DNA of 64,000 bases from Eledone cirrhosa. Lineage: Eukaryota. The notes beneath the pieces were generated by a model. The model searched no databases. It had not been told where the DNA came from and saw only the letters and a list, made by a program, of their open reading frames with translations. This document shows positions 1-12,872 of the stretch, one piece after another (the stretch's first letter is position 1; each line of letters begins with the position of its first letter). The DNA lies in the NCBI GenBank assembly GCA_964016885.1, contig OZ024743.1, positions 343,666,001 through 343,730,000 of the forward strand, written 5' to 3'. The position numbers and the translations under genes were made by a program.

Positions 1-85
1 CTCTTTGCCTTGAGTTTATTATTGTGATTGTTTTGACAAATCTGATGACAATCTCTCAGGATTGGTCAACAGTATTTTTGGTGTA

Positions 86-245
86 GGCGGCGAATTGGCA
101 GAGTCGTTAGAATGCCGGATAGAATGCTTTATGGTATCCATTCCGGCTCTGTGCTCTCTGAGTTCAGATACCGTCGAGGTCAACTTTGCCTTTCATCCTT
201 TCAGGGTCGATAAAAAAAGTACCCCTCTAGTACTAGGGTCGATTC
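86..245 (+). mobile_element. tRNA-derived SINE, degenerate
   Basis: A-box-like head (ggcggcgaattggcagagtcgttag), B-box-like gagttcagatacc, body gaggtcaactttgcctttcatcctttcagggtcgataaaa shared with copies at 12730 and 56598 (minus strand). Confidence 0.7.
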
Positions 246-1244
246 TTCCTCACTCTGGAAATAATCTGCTGTACTCAGGCCAGGAGAGGGATGGGCTCCG
301 CCAGGCTCAAAATAACCAAGGAATGCTTTATGTCAATGTGGCCCCCCCTACGACTCTATCAGGAGTTACGGGACCATACCATACAATTCTGGAGTACCTG
401 TATGTCTGGTAAGTCTATGGATCTGGATCTGTACTTGGAAAGTTCCTCTCCAAGGTGCAGACATGGGCAAGGTTTTTTTTTGGTTTTTGGTTTTGTGGAA
501 TACAAGCAGTTGCCTTTGCATGCAAGTCATACCATTCTTCATGCCATTCGGTAAATATTGTGATGAATATTGTTTAGAAAATAGTATTAAATAAAGATAT
601 AGATATGTGTGTGTATAGATATATGTTTGTATTTGTGTATCAAAGAAGTCACACGCAGTTTATAACATAAGATGATGGTGTATTATGTTATTAGTATAGC
701 AGCATGTATTATTCACCATTTTAGTAGTATATAAGACTGTATAACGTTTTAATATAATTTATTAACAAAGATTATGAGGAGAGCTACGTTAGTTGAGCTG
801 GCATGTCGAGAGAAATGAAACAAACAAATAAAGGTTCTGTTAGAGAAGACGCAGTTCAGTGGCTGAAGTGAGAAGCCAGGACGCGGTAAAGTTTGGTAGT
901 TACATTTTGGAATGATGTTTGTTGAGCAAAAACAAATAGTTGTTACGTTAACAAGGTCTAGCTGCAAAAAAAAAAGAAAATTTATCGAAAAGAAGCGGGA
1001 ATTTCTCCCTCTGGGCGGAAATTGAGATACATTTCCCTATGCTTGTAGCGATTGGCTGAACTGAGTCAAACAATGCACGGAAAAGGTATCAATGCGCCAA
1101 CGGAAAGTAGCTCGCTACAATTGTTAAGAGAAATGGAATGAGAAGGTTAGGTCATATGATGAGGAAAGATAAAAGAGGAAGACTACAAGAAATTGCAGAC
1201 AATGATGGTAATAGGGCCAGTGATATTGTGAAAATAATTAGAAT

Positions 1245-1450
1245 AAGATGGTTGGGCCATATGTTGAGGAAGGATAAAAGGGACTGAGTGAGAGGAGTGA
1301 TGGAAATGAATGTGGAAGAAAGTAAAGGAATGGGAAGACCAAGAAATATGACTAAAGATGGTAGAGAAGGAAATGAAAGCTAGGGGCTTGGTGAGAGAGG
1401 ATACAGATGATAGGGAAAACAGAGAAGCTTGTCATAGGATCTGCAAGGCT
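1245..1450 (+). mobile_element. Degenerate 3' fragment of an RTE-like LINE
   Basis: Reads RWLGHMLRKDKRD*VRGVMEMNVEESKGMGRPR, resembling the RTE C-terminal RWxGHVxR...GxRxxGRP motif; contains a stop. Confidence 0.55.
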
Positions 1451-2939
1451 AACTACTGCTTTAGTAGAGGAGATGGCCTTAAAATGCTTGTTGTTGTGTA
1501 GTTTGGAACTACCATATCTATTTGTATATAAGCCAAGAAATATGGGTCCAAAATATCGATGGTAAAGCGCGGGTGGGGTGGGGTGGGGGTGGGGTGTGTG
1601 TGTACTTATATTCAAGGTCAATATTTTGCCGATTTTCACCAACTTCAAATTCTACATAAATAAAGTGCTAAAATATCTTAAGTGATTATTTTACAATGAA
1701 ACAGTGTTTATCTTCATTTACTACATCGTCATTAGTGTTATTTATGCATTCCCTTGAAAATATTTTCAATAAATTTTTATAATTTGAACTTTTTAATACA
1801 TAAATATCCCTTATACATATATGCATGCAGATGTGCACACATGTACACTCACATACATACATACATGCACTAGTGCACACTGACTGTTTTTCTCTGACTT
1901 AATATGATTGAAATCTTACTTCTCATTTGTATTTTATTGCTCTCACTCTCTCTCCCCCTCACTTGCTGTGTTTTCCTGCCTTTTCTACTCTATCAATCCA
2001 TCCCTGTACAAAGTTCTCTTATGCGATCTCTTGCTTTCAAACTACTCCCAGCATCTGAGTGACTGGAAGTAAGCAAAATTCGCTAAACTTGTTGAAACTT
2101 TACACAATGGATGAAATGGTAAAAAAGCATTACATAATGGAGTTGTGAAACAAAAACTATATTCTAAATGACACGTAAAACATTTTAAACATCTAAGTAT
2201 TAAAATGTCATATATTTTATACTCATGAGTATTTCAAAACCACACAATCTAAACATATTGTGCTGATTAGCTCCATCGACTTATAAATGGGATTTAGATT
2301 TTTTCCCATTTCTCAGACATAAAATAGGGATGGGGTGGAGGGGATGTCAGCTTATATTTGAGTATATATGGTATGTTCAGAAAGTTTGAAATGCAATGTG
2401 GCCCAGCCTGATGTTGTTGTTGATGTATTAGTCATATTAGTCATGTTACTAAATGTTGATTCAGTTGACTTATTGTTCCGCTCCAAGATATAATGTTGTG
2501 ACATTCCATTCAGATATTGTAGTGCACCGTACACAATAATTTTTATTTTCATTATTATATTGATCCACTACTGGACAAAAACCTCAGCATGCTGTTGCTT
2601 GTTTATCTATACTGGTTGTAGGCCTGCTTATTTACATCGATCACTTAGTGCCTTGTGGTATTTATTCTGGTCTTCTACACTTCAAGAACCATGTTTTATT
2701 TAGAAATTATTTGGTTCAAATTGTGACAAAAAAAGAAAAAAAAAAAAGAAAAAGAAACACTCACACATGCACAAAAAGATAAACAAAATACAAAAAATGT
2801 GAAACTCCGAAGTCTGTAAATCACGGGCATTTCATCCCTGATCATATTTTCTTCTCTTCTTATCACATATATGTGAACAGACATTGCCTAGTGACTAAGG
2901 TTAGGGTTAGGGTATATACATGAGCCCCTCAAAACTCAC

Positions 2940-3293
2940 TCACAGGTCTTGAATAATTGTTCCCCGTCCCACACTTATTAATTTTTCAGATTTCCCCTCC
3001 TCCCGCGCTTTTATTCCAACTCCGCCGCTTATTCAATTTTGCTAATCTATCTCCGGCGAAATTTTATTGTAAATGATTCATATCGATATAGCAGCTGGAG
3101 AATCTAATAATAATTTTATTTTACATTAAAAAATCATTATATATGACAAAAAAAAAAACATTATAAGAAATCCCATATTTACTAACGTATACTATACAAT
3201 TACCGATTTCCCCTCCACTGTTTATTCCCCCACTGCTTATAAGAATTTAAGCAAATACCCCCCCCCCCCCCCTTATTATTTGGGACCCGAGAA
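2940..3293. mobile_element. Non-autonomous DNA-transposon-like (MITE) repeat
   Basis: Right part (~3060-3293) recurs as reverse complement at ~61662-61860 (tactctcgggtcccaaataata...); weak terminal inverted similarity. Confidence 0.5.
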
Positions 3294-3819
3294 TAATCAA
3301 TCAAAATGCCACTTGTAACGAGAAGAAAAATTAGAAAGCCAAATCTTGTTAAAGACAAGGGAGATAACTCTGAAATTAAAATTGATTGGAGATATGCAGT
3401 TGAGAATGAGTATGATATTTGTTAAGTATAGCGATAACTAGACATGTTTCAGCAAAACGTCGCCCTACGCGAACTTACCAAGCCTACTCGACCTACAACA
3501 GAACATTAATTAATTAGGCAATTAAAAAAACACACACATAAATATCCCATTTGCACGAAGAACTTATTTAAGTTGTCTAGTTTGTGAGCAATATTTACAT
3601 TTGTGAGTTTGGCACAATGAACCAGCTGTTTAAAATAACCAGGTTACGGCGAGTCAATGACTAGGTGAGCCTCTATGTAGTCACTTGGCATGCTAGAAAT
3701 AACAAGCAAATCTCCCATAAATCGCACTCATACAATTTTATATAAGGAAATGACAAGTTTGTTTACATTCTAGTTATGGTTATATAGCATTCTAAAAAAA
3801 CAATGGCAGAAATTGTCAG

Positions 3820-3890
3820 TTGGCTCTCAGCGAAGTGGTTAATGTATTTGCATGGTATTCGAGAGATACAGAGTTCGACTCCTTGTAGGC
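3820..3890 (+). repeat. Degenerate tRNA-like SINE head
   Basis: agcgaagtggttaa (A-box-like) and gagttcgactcc (B-box); no intact cloverleaf. Confidence 0.4.
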
Positions 3891-4039
3891 ACTTCTGTTC
3901 ACTTTTCCATCTTAAGCGTATTTCACCCAATTTTCTCAATATATATAACTATATGTTGATTGACAGATAGGGGTACATTGGGGGAAGTAGAGGGTATATC
4001 TGCAATAAAACCAAAGTTGTGTATATATATATATATATA

Positions 4040-4538
4040 TGTAGCGACGTGGTTAGTCAGTCTGGTCACTACTTCCGATCAGATCCGAGAATAGCCCTTA
4101 GAAGGACTCTTATCGCATACGGTCTGATCAGATCTGAAGATAGCCCTTAAAAGGACTGTTGTCGCATATAGCCCTTAAAAGAACTGTTGAGGATGGACAG
4201 ACGAAAGCACAAGTTGAAAGGACGAAGCAAGGCGAGATGTAAATTCGATCAGCTATTTATTTTCACATGAAGCGACGATACGAGGTACAAGGCGTGTGTG
4301 AGTGATAAAGCGTGGCAGAGGCGAGGAACAACGATACGCGAGTTGACTCTGCCAAATGTCGACTGGCGAAGTGTTTGGAACCACTCTATTTATACAGAAA
4401 TAATCGTTTGATGTTTAGCCGCTGTGTAGGCGTTTATTCTGGTAGCTTTTAAGGATTCTTTTGTTTCACGTTGCGGTAGCTAGCTAACAGGTAGATGGCG
4501 CTGTATATGTCACAGATGTTATTTCCGGTGGCTGTACA
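4040..4538 (-). repeat. 3' LTR of Gypsy element
   Basis: tgtagcgacg...gctgtaca; about 10 differences from the LTR at 9479-9976 by eye; internal repeats of atagccctta(a/g)aaggact. Confidence 0.95.
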
Positions 4539-4551
4539 TTATCCCTCTGCC
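4539..4551 (-). promoter_or_regulatory. Polypurine tract
   Basis: Minus strand ggcagagggataa directly precedes the 3' LTR. Confidence 0.7.
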
Positions 4552-5452
4552 AGATCCTTTGTACAACAAAAGAGCGAAATATCGTATAGTAATGGGCCAG
4601 TGGTGCATTTGTCATGACAATAGCCCCAGGAGTGTCCAGCACGTTGTGAAATTTTGTGATCATCGAGTACAGGACAGAGATGATATGGTAAGATGTGTGT
4701 GTCAGGAAGAGAAAAAAGAAATAAACTATAAAATGACTTTGACCAGATTTATGCAGGCGTGATGAATGAGCCTGTTGCAATTTGGGTTGAGCTGCCTGTG
4801 AATTACGTGACAAAAAGTCTAACTGGGCAGTGAAGATAACCGTAATGTGTGAACTGAATGGCCGTAAGCATGCTGCCTAAAAGTAATAGTTTGCTCCACA
4901 GCATATGACTTGAGCGAATGCATGTGGTAAAGAAATAGCGAGGCATTCTCGAGCTATTGAGTGAATGTGTACGTGAAAAAAGAAGGCCAGTGTTTTGAGG
5001 ATGCGATTTGTAAAATGCGTGATCAAAGAGAAAACATTTTGTAGTGTAAGAGTTAGAAGGACACAAATATCTATTGCTCAGCGTATGAACCAAAAGGTGA
5101 AACAAACGTGGTTTGGTAGTGTGCATGAAAAACAGGATATGTACACGCCTTGTATGTATATAAAAATTATGGCAATTACACAATCAATGTTACAGAACAA
5201 GAAAAATTAAAATTTTTGCAAAACAAGAGAGTGAAGAAAAAAAAATGTTATACACAATGATATACACAATGTTTGTTCTTAAATAGAGTTTGTAATAAAT
5301 AATGTTCATTATAAATAATGTTCTTCGTGACATGGTCACTAAAAATTGCAATTGTTCAAGCAGAAAGTTCATTGTATTTGAAACTGGAAATAGTAAACAC
5401 AAGAAAAATGGAAATGTTTTGCACGAAGACTGATTAAGAAACTCACTTGAGG

Positions 5453-8400
5453 TTAACGGTAATTCACATATTGTGCCAACTTTGCGGGCCAATGGACGCG
5501 TCGTCCGCTTCTCGTGACTGGAGATGAAACAGGTGGCTCGCTGGGACAGCAATCTGTTGGAGTTTCTGGTGTAGAGACTGTAACAGTATCCATGATGGCT
5601 TTTTTTAATCTGTCCACGCTGACAGAATTCTGTTTACCAACTAGATCGAGAATAAAATATTTCGGATATTTTTTTAGAACACGATAAGGGCCAGAATATG
5701 GAGGTCGAAGATGAGCTGAGATGGTGTCGTTTCGAACGAAAACGTGTCCAATCTTTAATGTCTGAAGGTACGTGTGTGGCCGTGTTCTGTTTACGGGTGC
5801 TTGCAGGAGCAAGATGAGACATATATTGTCGAAGACGGTGTACATATGATCCTGGGTCTGGAACATCCTGAGGAGAGATGGGAGCAACCATCTGACCAGG
5901 TAGAACCAGGGTGGTGCCGTACACTAATTCTGCAGGTGTGTCCCCGAATTCCTCCTTAACGGTGGATCGAATGCCCAGAAGGATGAGTGGCAGGTATTCA
6001 AACCAGTGGGTCTTGTCTGGATATGCTTTTATTGCAGCTTTCAATTGGCGATGGAATCTTTCCACGAGACCATTAGCTTGCGGGTGATAAGCTGTCGTGC
6101 GGATGTTTACATCCTAACAGGCGAGTCAGTTCCCTGAAGAGGTGGGAGTCAAACTGGCGTCCTCTGTCCGTTGTTATCTTCGCTGGGGCGCCATAACGTG
6201 ATACCCAGTGTAAAACCAAAGTTTTAGCGACTGTTTCCGCTGAGGTATCATTTATGGGAAAAGCCTCAGGCCAACGAGAAAATCGATCTATGCAGGTGAG
6301 CAAGTGTGTGTAGTTCTGTGATGGTGGTAGAGGTCCGATGATGTCGATATGCACATGATGAAAACGTGCACCAGGTTGCGCGAATGTGCCGAGTGGAGTT
6401 TTGATGTGTCTGTGGACTTTGGCTTTCTGGCAGGTAATGCAGCTCCTCGACCTGTCGCGCACGTCCTTGTTAATGTTAGTCCACACAAAACGAGCAGAGA
6501 TGAGTTTCTGTGTAGTCCGGATTCCCGGGTGAGACAAGCAGTGTAAAGCAGAAAAAACTTGTCGACGATGTATCTGTGGTACGTACGGTCGTTCATGACC
6601 GGTAGAAAAGTCGCACCAAATTTGTCCCGGAGAAGAAGGAATGGGAACTTGCTGAAACTTGAGGGATGGTGAATCTCGGAGCTTGATAAACTCTTCATCA
6701 GTCTCTTGGTCAGCTGCGATCTGTTGAAGGTCGATGCCTGAATGCACATGTATTGCGTTCAGCTGGATTCGGGACAGGGCGTCGGCTGCTACGTTGTCTG
6801 GTCCCTTGATATGCCGAATGTCAGTTGAATATTGGGAGACAAAATCCAGGTGTCGGAGTTCTCTCGGTGAATGTCGATCAGGTTTGGTACGGAACGCATA
6901 AACTAGTGGTTTATGGTCCGTGTAGATCACGAAATCTGATCCTTCGAGCATGTGCCGAAAATGCTTAACCGAAAGATAGGTTGCCAAGAGTTCGCGGCCA
7001 AAGGTACTGTATTTCGTTTCTGCCGGTTGCAACCGCTTAGAAAAGAAGATAAGGGTTGCCACACGCCGTCGACATGTTGTTGTAAAACGCCTCCAACCCC
7101 GTGTCTGATGCGTCCACTAGCAGCGAAAGAGGAGCGCCAGACCTGGGGAAAACGAGCATGGAAGTGTTTGCCAACATTTCCTTCAGGCGGTTAAAAGATG
7201 TTAATTCTTCCTCGTTTAGAGTGATCTCTTCGTTTTTGCGAGTCCGGTTACGAAGAAGATCCGTGAGGAGTCTGGCTGCGTCGGAACAATGAGGGATGAA
7301 CCGCCTATAAAAATTCACCAGACCGAGGAATTCACGCAGTTTTCGAAGTGATGTAGGTGCGGGAAAACTGCGGATAGCTTCTACTTTCTCGGGAAGTGGA
7401 CGAATGCCGTCTTTATCGATGATGTTCCCGAGAAAGGACAGTGAAGGGACGCCGAGAAGGCACTTGCTGGGGTTGATGATGATACCGTACTAAGCTAAAC
7501 GTTGGAAAAGGAGATCTAAGTGCTTCTCGTGTTCCTGCTCGGAAGTACTTGCTACCAGCACGTCGTCAATATACGCGTATACGAAGGGTAGATCGCGTAA
7601 CACGGTGTCAATAAACCGCTGAAAAGTTTGTGCAGCGTTGCGCAGACCGAACGGCATTCGCAGGAATTCGAATAAACCGAACGGTGTTGTGATTGCGTTC
7701 TTCGGAATGTCTGCAGGCTCCATAAGTATCTGGTTATATGCACGCACCAAATCTACCTTGGAAAAGATGCGTGCGCCTTGCAGAGAGGCAGAAAAATCGT
7801 GCAGGTGAGGTACAGGGTAATTATCTGGCACTGTAGAATTGTTAAGTGCACGATAATCCCACATGGTCGCAAATCATTCTCGTTTTAGGAACAAGGTGTA
7901 GGGGTGCAGACCAGTTGCTGGAGGAAGGGCGAATGATTCCGAGGTCCAGCATGTGTTGGAACTCCTGCTTGGCGATTCTCAATCGGTCTGGAGGCAGTCT
8001 CCTTGGTCGGGCAGCTGTGGGTGGTCCTCTTGTCTCGATGTGGTGCGTGACACTATGCTTAATGGGACCATCCTTAAATACCGGGCGAGTGATGTCTGGG
8101 TATTTATGGAGAATGCCGTTGTACCGCGAAGATTCTGACTGGCAAATTACAGGGCTCACTGTGGATTGCGTGGTAAATATACCTCTCACAGTGAGGTTTG
8201 TGGTGGTGTCGATAAGCCTCCGGTTCTTCATATCCACCAGAAGGTTGAAGTGGTGGAGAAAAAAAGGCTCCTAGGATAGGGGTCGGCAGGTCTGCCACGA
8301 TGAACACCCATTGATAACGCCGCCTCAGGCCTAAATTGAGGGTCAGAGACTTCTCCCCGAAAGTCGGAATTGACGATTGGTTCACTGCCTGCAGAAAGGA

Positions 8401-8598
8401 CGGGGTTGGGTGTCTTTTGCCCGAGATTAGTGAAACAGGAATAACACTAACCTGGGCTCCTGTATCCACGAGGTAACGGATGCCTGTCGCCTGGTCGTTA
8501 ATAAAAAATAGACGACTTTTCTTTTCAGTACCAGGGGTGAACGTCGTCGCTAGGCCCTGGTCTGCCCGTTTCCTTGGGTGGTATTCTGGAAAGAGCAC
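5453..8598 (-). pseudogene. pol: Gypsy pol (protease, RT, RNase H, integrase), broken by frameshifts and stops
   Basis: YLVDTGAQVSVIP (protease); [19 protein letters not shown] (RT); [19 protein letters not shown] (RNase H); H-x4-H...C-x2-[30 protein letters not shown] (integrase) spread over seven ORF pieces. Confidence 0.95.
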
Positions 8599-9419
8599 GG
8601 GGCCCTACACTTAGATGCCCGAGCGCCGAATTCTTCGTGATACCAGCAGAGGTTGCCAGACACACGATTTTGACTGGGACTTCTCGATCTTTGACGGTGA
8701 AAGGGTTTGGACCGACTGTTGCTGTGCCGCCGGTGTGTTTGCAAGGTCAGGCTTTCTAATTGGTTTGAGAGGGCTTTGATTTGACCAGCCTGCTCTCTGA
8801 TCATAGCCCACAGCTCTGAAATCTCGGAGGTGGAGTCCAAGGGCGTAACGTAAGGGTTCATCCGACGATCTTCCTGTGCTACTGAGGCAAAAGGGTTTGA
8901 TACCTCAGCGATCTTATCTGCGACACTCGCCAGTTCCTCCGGGGTTGCTGACTCGTTAGTCGACGCCAGAATGCCCTGCATCGATAAGGGCAAGCGCTGT
9001 ATAAACAACCGTTTCAGCAGATCTTCTGAAAGCGGTTGGTCCTCCATCAGCTGTCTTATCTTTCGCAATAGTTGGGACGGTTTTCTGTCCCCCAATTCTT
9101 CTGCAGACACGAGTTGGTTGAGTCGTCTCTGTTGTGACGCGGTCGTCCGCTTGACCAATTCCTTGCGGAATGATTCATATGACACCGTGCCCGGCGGTGC
9201 CATGACGAGGTCCCTCACCTCAGCCAAGACTTCTGGCGGGCCAGACCCAATGATGTAGGTGAGCTTTGCGGAATCGCTCTTAATTCTGTTCGCGGTGAAT
9301 TGCGCTTCTATGTGAGCGAACCACAGAGTCGGGTCGTTGGACCAAAAAGCGGGGACTTTCAAGGTTAACGCCGCTTGTGTGGTTGGTATCTCGGCCTCTA
9401 TCGTTTGTGACATGTCCAT
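8550..9419 (-). CDS. gag: Gypsy gag, 289 aa, open
   Basis: PAFWSNDPTLWFAHIEAQF N-terminus, LGDRKPSQLL, CWYHEEFGARASKCRAPC knuckle; upstream of and overlapping the pol frame. Confidence 0.9.
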   Translation of the reverse strand: MDMSQTIEAEIPTTQAALTLKVPAFWSNDPTLWFAHIEAQFTANRIKSDSAKLTYIIGSGPPEVLAEVRDLVMAPPGTVSYESFRKELVKRTTASQQRRLNQLVSAEELGDRKPSQLLRKIRQLMEDQPLSEDLLKRLFIQRLPLSMQGILASTNESATPEELASVADKIAEVSNPFASVAQEDRRMNPYVTPLDSTSEISELWAMIREQAGQIKALSNQLESLTLQTHRRHSNSRSKPFHRQRSRSPSQNRVSGNLCWYHEEFGARASKCRAPCSFQNTTQGNGQTRA

Positions 9420-9458
9420 GTTGATATTTTCTTAGGTGCTGTCTGGTTGCGCGTTCGA

Positions 9459-9476
9459 CTCACGTTCGGGTCACCA
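9459..9476 (-). promoter_or_regulatory. Primer-binding site, tRNA-Trp-like
   Basis: Minus strand TGGTGACCCGAACGTGAG 2 nt after the 5' LTR; resembles the tRNA-Trp PBS TGGTGACCCCGACGTGAT. Confidence 0.75.
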
Positions 9477-9478
9477 AT

Positions 9479-9976
9479 TGTAGCGACGTGGTTAGTCAGT
9501 CTAGTCACTACTTCCGATCAGATACGAGAATAGCCCTTAGAAGGACTCTTATCGCATACGGTCTGATCAGATCTGAAGATAGCCCTTAAAAGGACTGTTG
9601 GCGCATATAGCCCTTAAAGAACTGTTGAGGATGGACAGACGAAAGCACAAGTTGAAAGGACGAAGCAAGGCGAGATGTAAATTCGATCAGCTATTTATTT
9701 TCACATGAAGCGACGATACGATGTACAAGGCGTGTGTGAGTGACAAAGCGTGGCAGAGGCGAGGAACAACGATACGCGAGTTGACTCTGCCAAATGTCGA
9801 CTGGCGAAGTGTTTGGAACCACTCTATTTATACAGGAATAATCGTTTGATGTTTAGCCGATGTGTAGGCGTTTATTCTGGTAGCTTTTAAGGATTCTTTT
9901 GTTTCACGTTGAGGTAGCTAGCTAACAGGTAGATGGCGCTGTATATTTCACAGATGTTATTTCCGGTGGCTGTACA
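9479..9976 (-). repeat. 5' LTR of Gypsy element
   Basis: Direct repeat of 4040-4538 with TG...CA ends. Confidence 0.95.
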
Positions 9977-10346
9977 TATGTATATATATATAGGGAGTGT
10001 AACGTGAAGTTTCTGTAGGTTCACCCAGGTGAGCACTCGATGTTAAGATCACGTTTGTAACGAGGTGTAGAGCTAAACAGAGTGTAATATAATAATTCAA
10101 AGACGATTCTGTCCGATGAGCTTTTAATTTCAGAGTCGAGCCAGATCGATACAGATCGAAACTTGAGCAGATCAATAGCGAAAAGCGTTTCACCAATCAA
10201 TAAACGTAATGAAGGCTCAACAAACCGTTCTTGTATTATATATATATATAAATGAAAATCGGGACAGGAATAAAATTAGGACTAGTAAGACCATTATTCA
10301 ACATAATACTCTATACCTAAGGAAAGTAGAATGTAGATATTATAGT

Positions 10347-10789
10347 ACTAGACCTGAAAAATGCGCAAGCTCAAAAGAACCACAGAATGTTATAATAAAC
10401 CTTCAAAAGTGTGGGACTAGAGTTGTTGCTCAAAATATTGTAATCATTATCTATCGTACACTCTGGCATCCTTTTATAAAAAAGAGACTCAGAACGAACT
10501 CAAGACGACACGATAATTATTTACGCTAATGTTCAATATCTCATATTAGATGTTTAGTAATGATTAATAAGAAATGCACTTAAACCGAATTCTATATTAT
10601 AAATTCACTTAAATAATTATCGTGTCGTCTTGAGTTCGTTATGAGTCTCTTTCTTATAAAAAGATGCCACAGAGTGTACGATAGATAATGATTACAATAT
10701 TTTTGAGCAACAACTCTAGTCCCACAATTTTGAAGGTTTATTATAACATTCTGTGGCTCTTTTGAGCTTGAGCATTTTTCAGGTCTAGT
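10347..10789. mobile_element. Foldback/MITE with ~177-bp inverted arms
   Basis: actagacctgaaaaatgc...gataattattta (10347-10523) is the near reverse complement of 10610-10789. Confidence 0.85.
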
Positions 10790-12035
10790 TTAATATTTTT
10801 TTAAGGCAACGCTTGTAATAAATCTAGTTAAACATGATATATATTAATAATAAATTGTCGTTGTAATGTAATTAGATTATATAATTGTTATTTTCTAAAT
10901 GATCTTATAAATATTATTGTAAGATATATAAAAATATTTTCAGACTTTTAATATAAACAACTACAAAAAACAATCAATATTAAATAAATATATTTTACAT
11001 AATAATTGTTATAGTTGAATTAATAAAAATTAAATATTACATACAAATAGTCTAACATAATAATAAAAAAATAATCTAACATAATAATAATAAAATAATC
11101 TAACATAAAACGAACAATAATATGGACAAATATACAAGTAAATATGATACAACCAATATTATAAGCATGTTATAACGAACTGAAAAAAAATAGTTAATAT
11201 AAATTTAAAAAAATCATATATAAATTAACAATATAACTTACCAAAACGAGAAAAATATTTTGATGATAAACGACGAAATACAGGAGGAAGATTCGAAAGC
11301 GAAACGATAAATAAACGTGTATACAAAGTGGCGGATGCTTTTGAGCAACAATTACTCTCATTGGTTGATTAGCCAATAAACAGCTTCATTATATAATAAG
11401 GTTACGTTCTAGAGGCAATCCAAACTAAAACGACAAGGGAACGCATTAAAGACAGTGCCATGATCTCATCAGACAGCTTCTCAACGCGTTGATAGCTAAA
11501 ATGGATAGCTACCCGGGAAGAAATACAACAGACGATAACGAAGAGAACGACAAAAAAAAAAAAAGAAAAAAGAAAGACATACCGATAGAGAAAATGGGAA
11601 AAGACGGAGGCAGCAGTACATGAAATTTTGGTAGTAACCGGGCGGGGTGGGGGGAAGAGTTAATACTTAGGCCGAACATAATTTCTCAACCCATACTAAC
11701 AACAAGCGGGAGTGAGAGAAAAGAACATCTGATCGTAGCGAGAACAGGCGCTGAGAGGAAGAGACGAAGGAAAACTGAAGTGGGTAGGAGTGGAAAAGTA
11801 GTAAGGGAACAGAGAGCGGGTGGAGAAAAAGGAGATAGATAGTAAGAGAGAAAGAGAACTAGTAAGTGGGAGAGAGAAGGGGTTACTACAAAGTGGCTGA
11901 ATAAATGAAAATCAGGACAAGAATAAAATGGAATTGGAACAGTCACAATGTCAGTGGTTTGATAGTCGTATAGTTGTAGATAGGAGTTATTTTATGGAAG
12001 TAGCTACTTTTTTTTCTTAATTTGCTTATTTTTTA

Positions 12036-12320
12036 GGAGTTCGATTCTCGGATCGGGTGATGCGTTGTGTCCTTGAGTAAGACACTTTATTTCCTGCTAC
12101 TCCAGTTTACTCAGCTGTAGAAATGAGTTGCGACGTCACTGGTGCTAAACTACATCAGCCATTGCCTTTCCTGTGGACAACATTGGTGGCATGGAGAGGG
12201 GAGACTGGTATGAAATGGGCAACTGCTGGTCTTCCACAAACAAATCTTGCCCGGGTTTGTGCCTTGGAGGGAAACTTTCTAGATGCAAAACCAAGGTCAT
12301 TAGTAACCGATGAGGGCCTT
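12036..12320 (+). mobile_element. tRNA-derived SINE, second family, 5'-eroded
   Basis: B-box gagttcgattc followed by gtgtccttgagtaagacacttta...tactcagctgtagaaatgagt core typical of animal SINEs. Confidence 0.6.
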
Positions 12321-12729
12321 AGAAATATAGGTCTAAATACTATTGTGATAGTTTTTTTAAATGTAGAGTTGTCTCAATCTGTTTATAATTTATGCTTGTT
12401 CTGTTTGTTGCGTTTGTTGCGACTATATCAACAGATTATATGTAAGTTTTTTTGTACGTGTTACTGGGTGTGGGTGTTGGGGTTGCATTTTAGGATAGTT
12501 CTCTGTTTTTCCCAATCATGCTTCTATAAAAATAACTTTTATCTACAACTATGTATGTAAGGACCCGTAACTCCTGATGGAATCGAAAGAACGTCATAGT
12601 GACATATCGTGTTTCTTGGGCATTTTAAATCTGGCAGAGCTCATCTCTCTCTCCACGTTTAAACAAAGCTAATGTTTTCCAGAGGAGAAAGAATGATAAA
12701 GAAGTGAGAAAGAGATATAGAGGAAGAAT

Positions 12730-12872
12730 GTACCCCAGTTCTGGTCTAATACTTTTCTTATCGAGTTCGAAAGGATGAACGGCAAAGTTGGCCTCAGCTG
12801 GATTTGAACCCAGAACCCAGACAACCAGAAGGAATACTGCAAAGAATTCCAACCGATGTTCCTCCCAATTCC
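12730..12872 (-). mobile_element. SINE copy, same family as 86-245
   Basis: aaggatgaacggcaaagttggcctcagctggatttgaacc is the reverse complement of the family body and B-box. Confidence 0.65.

Larger units (their letters stand above)
4040..9976 (-). mobile_element. Gypsy/Ty3 LTR retrotransposon, full length but decayed, inserted in a (TA)n tract
   Basis: Two ~499-bp direct repeats TG...CA, PBS, PPT, gag, and PR-RT-RH-IN order on the minus strand. Confidence 0.95.

Noticed and set aside
3820-3890. tRNA gene
   Set aside because: Only A/B-box-like motifs and no pairing acceptor stem; better read as a SINE head
4030-9990. Target-site duplication of the Gypsy element
   Set aside because: Flanks are TA repeats (tata versus tatg), so a TSD cannot be assigned
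10110-10195. Additional hammerhead (ccgatgagc...gcgaaaagcgtt)
   Set aside because: Core reads CCGATGA rather than CTGATGA and stem I could not be formed
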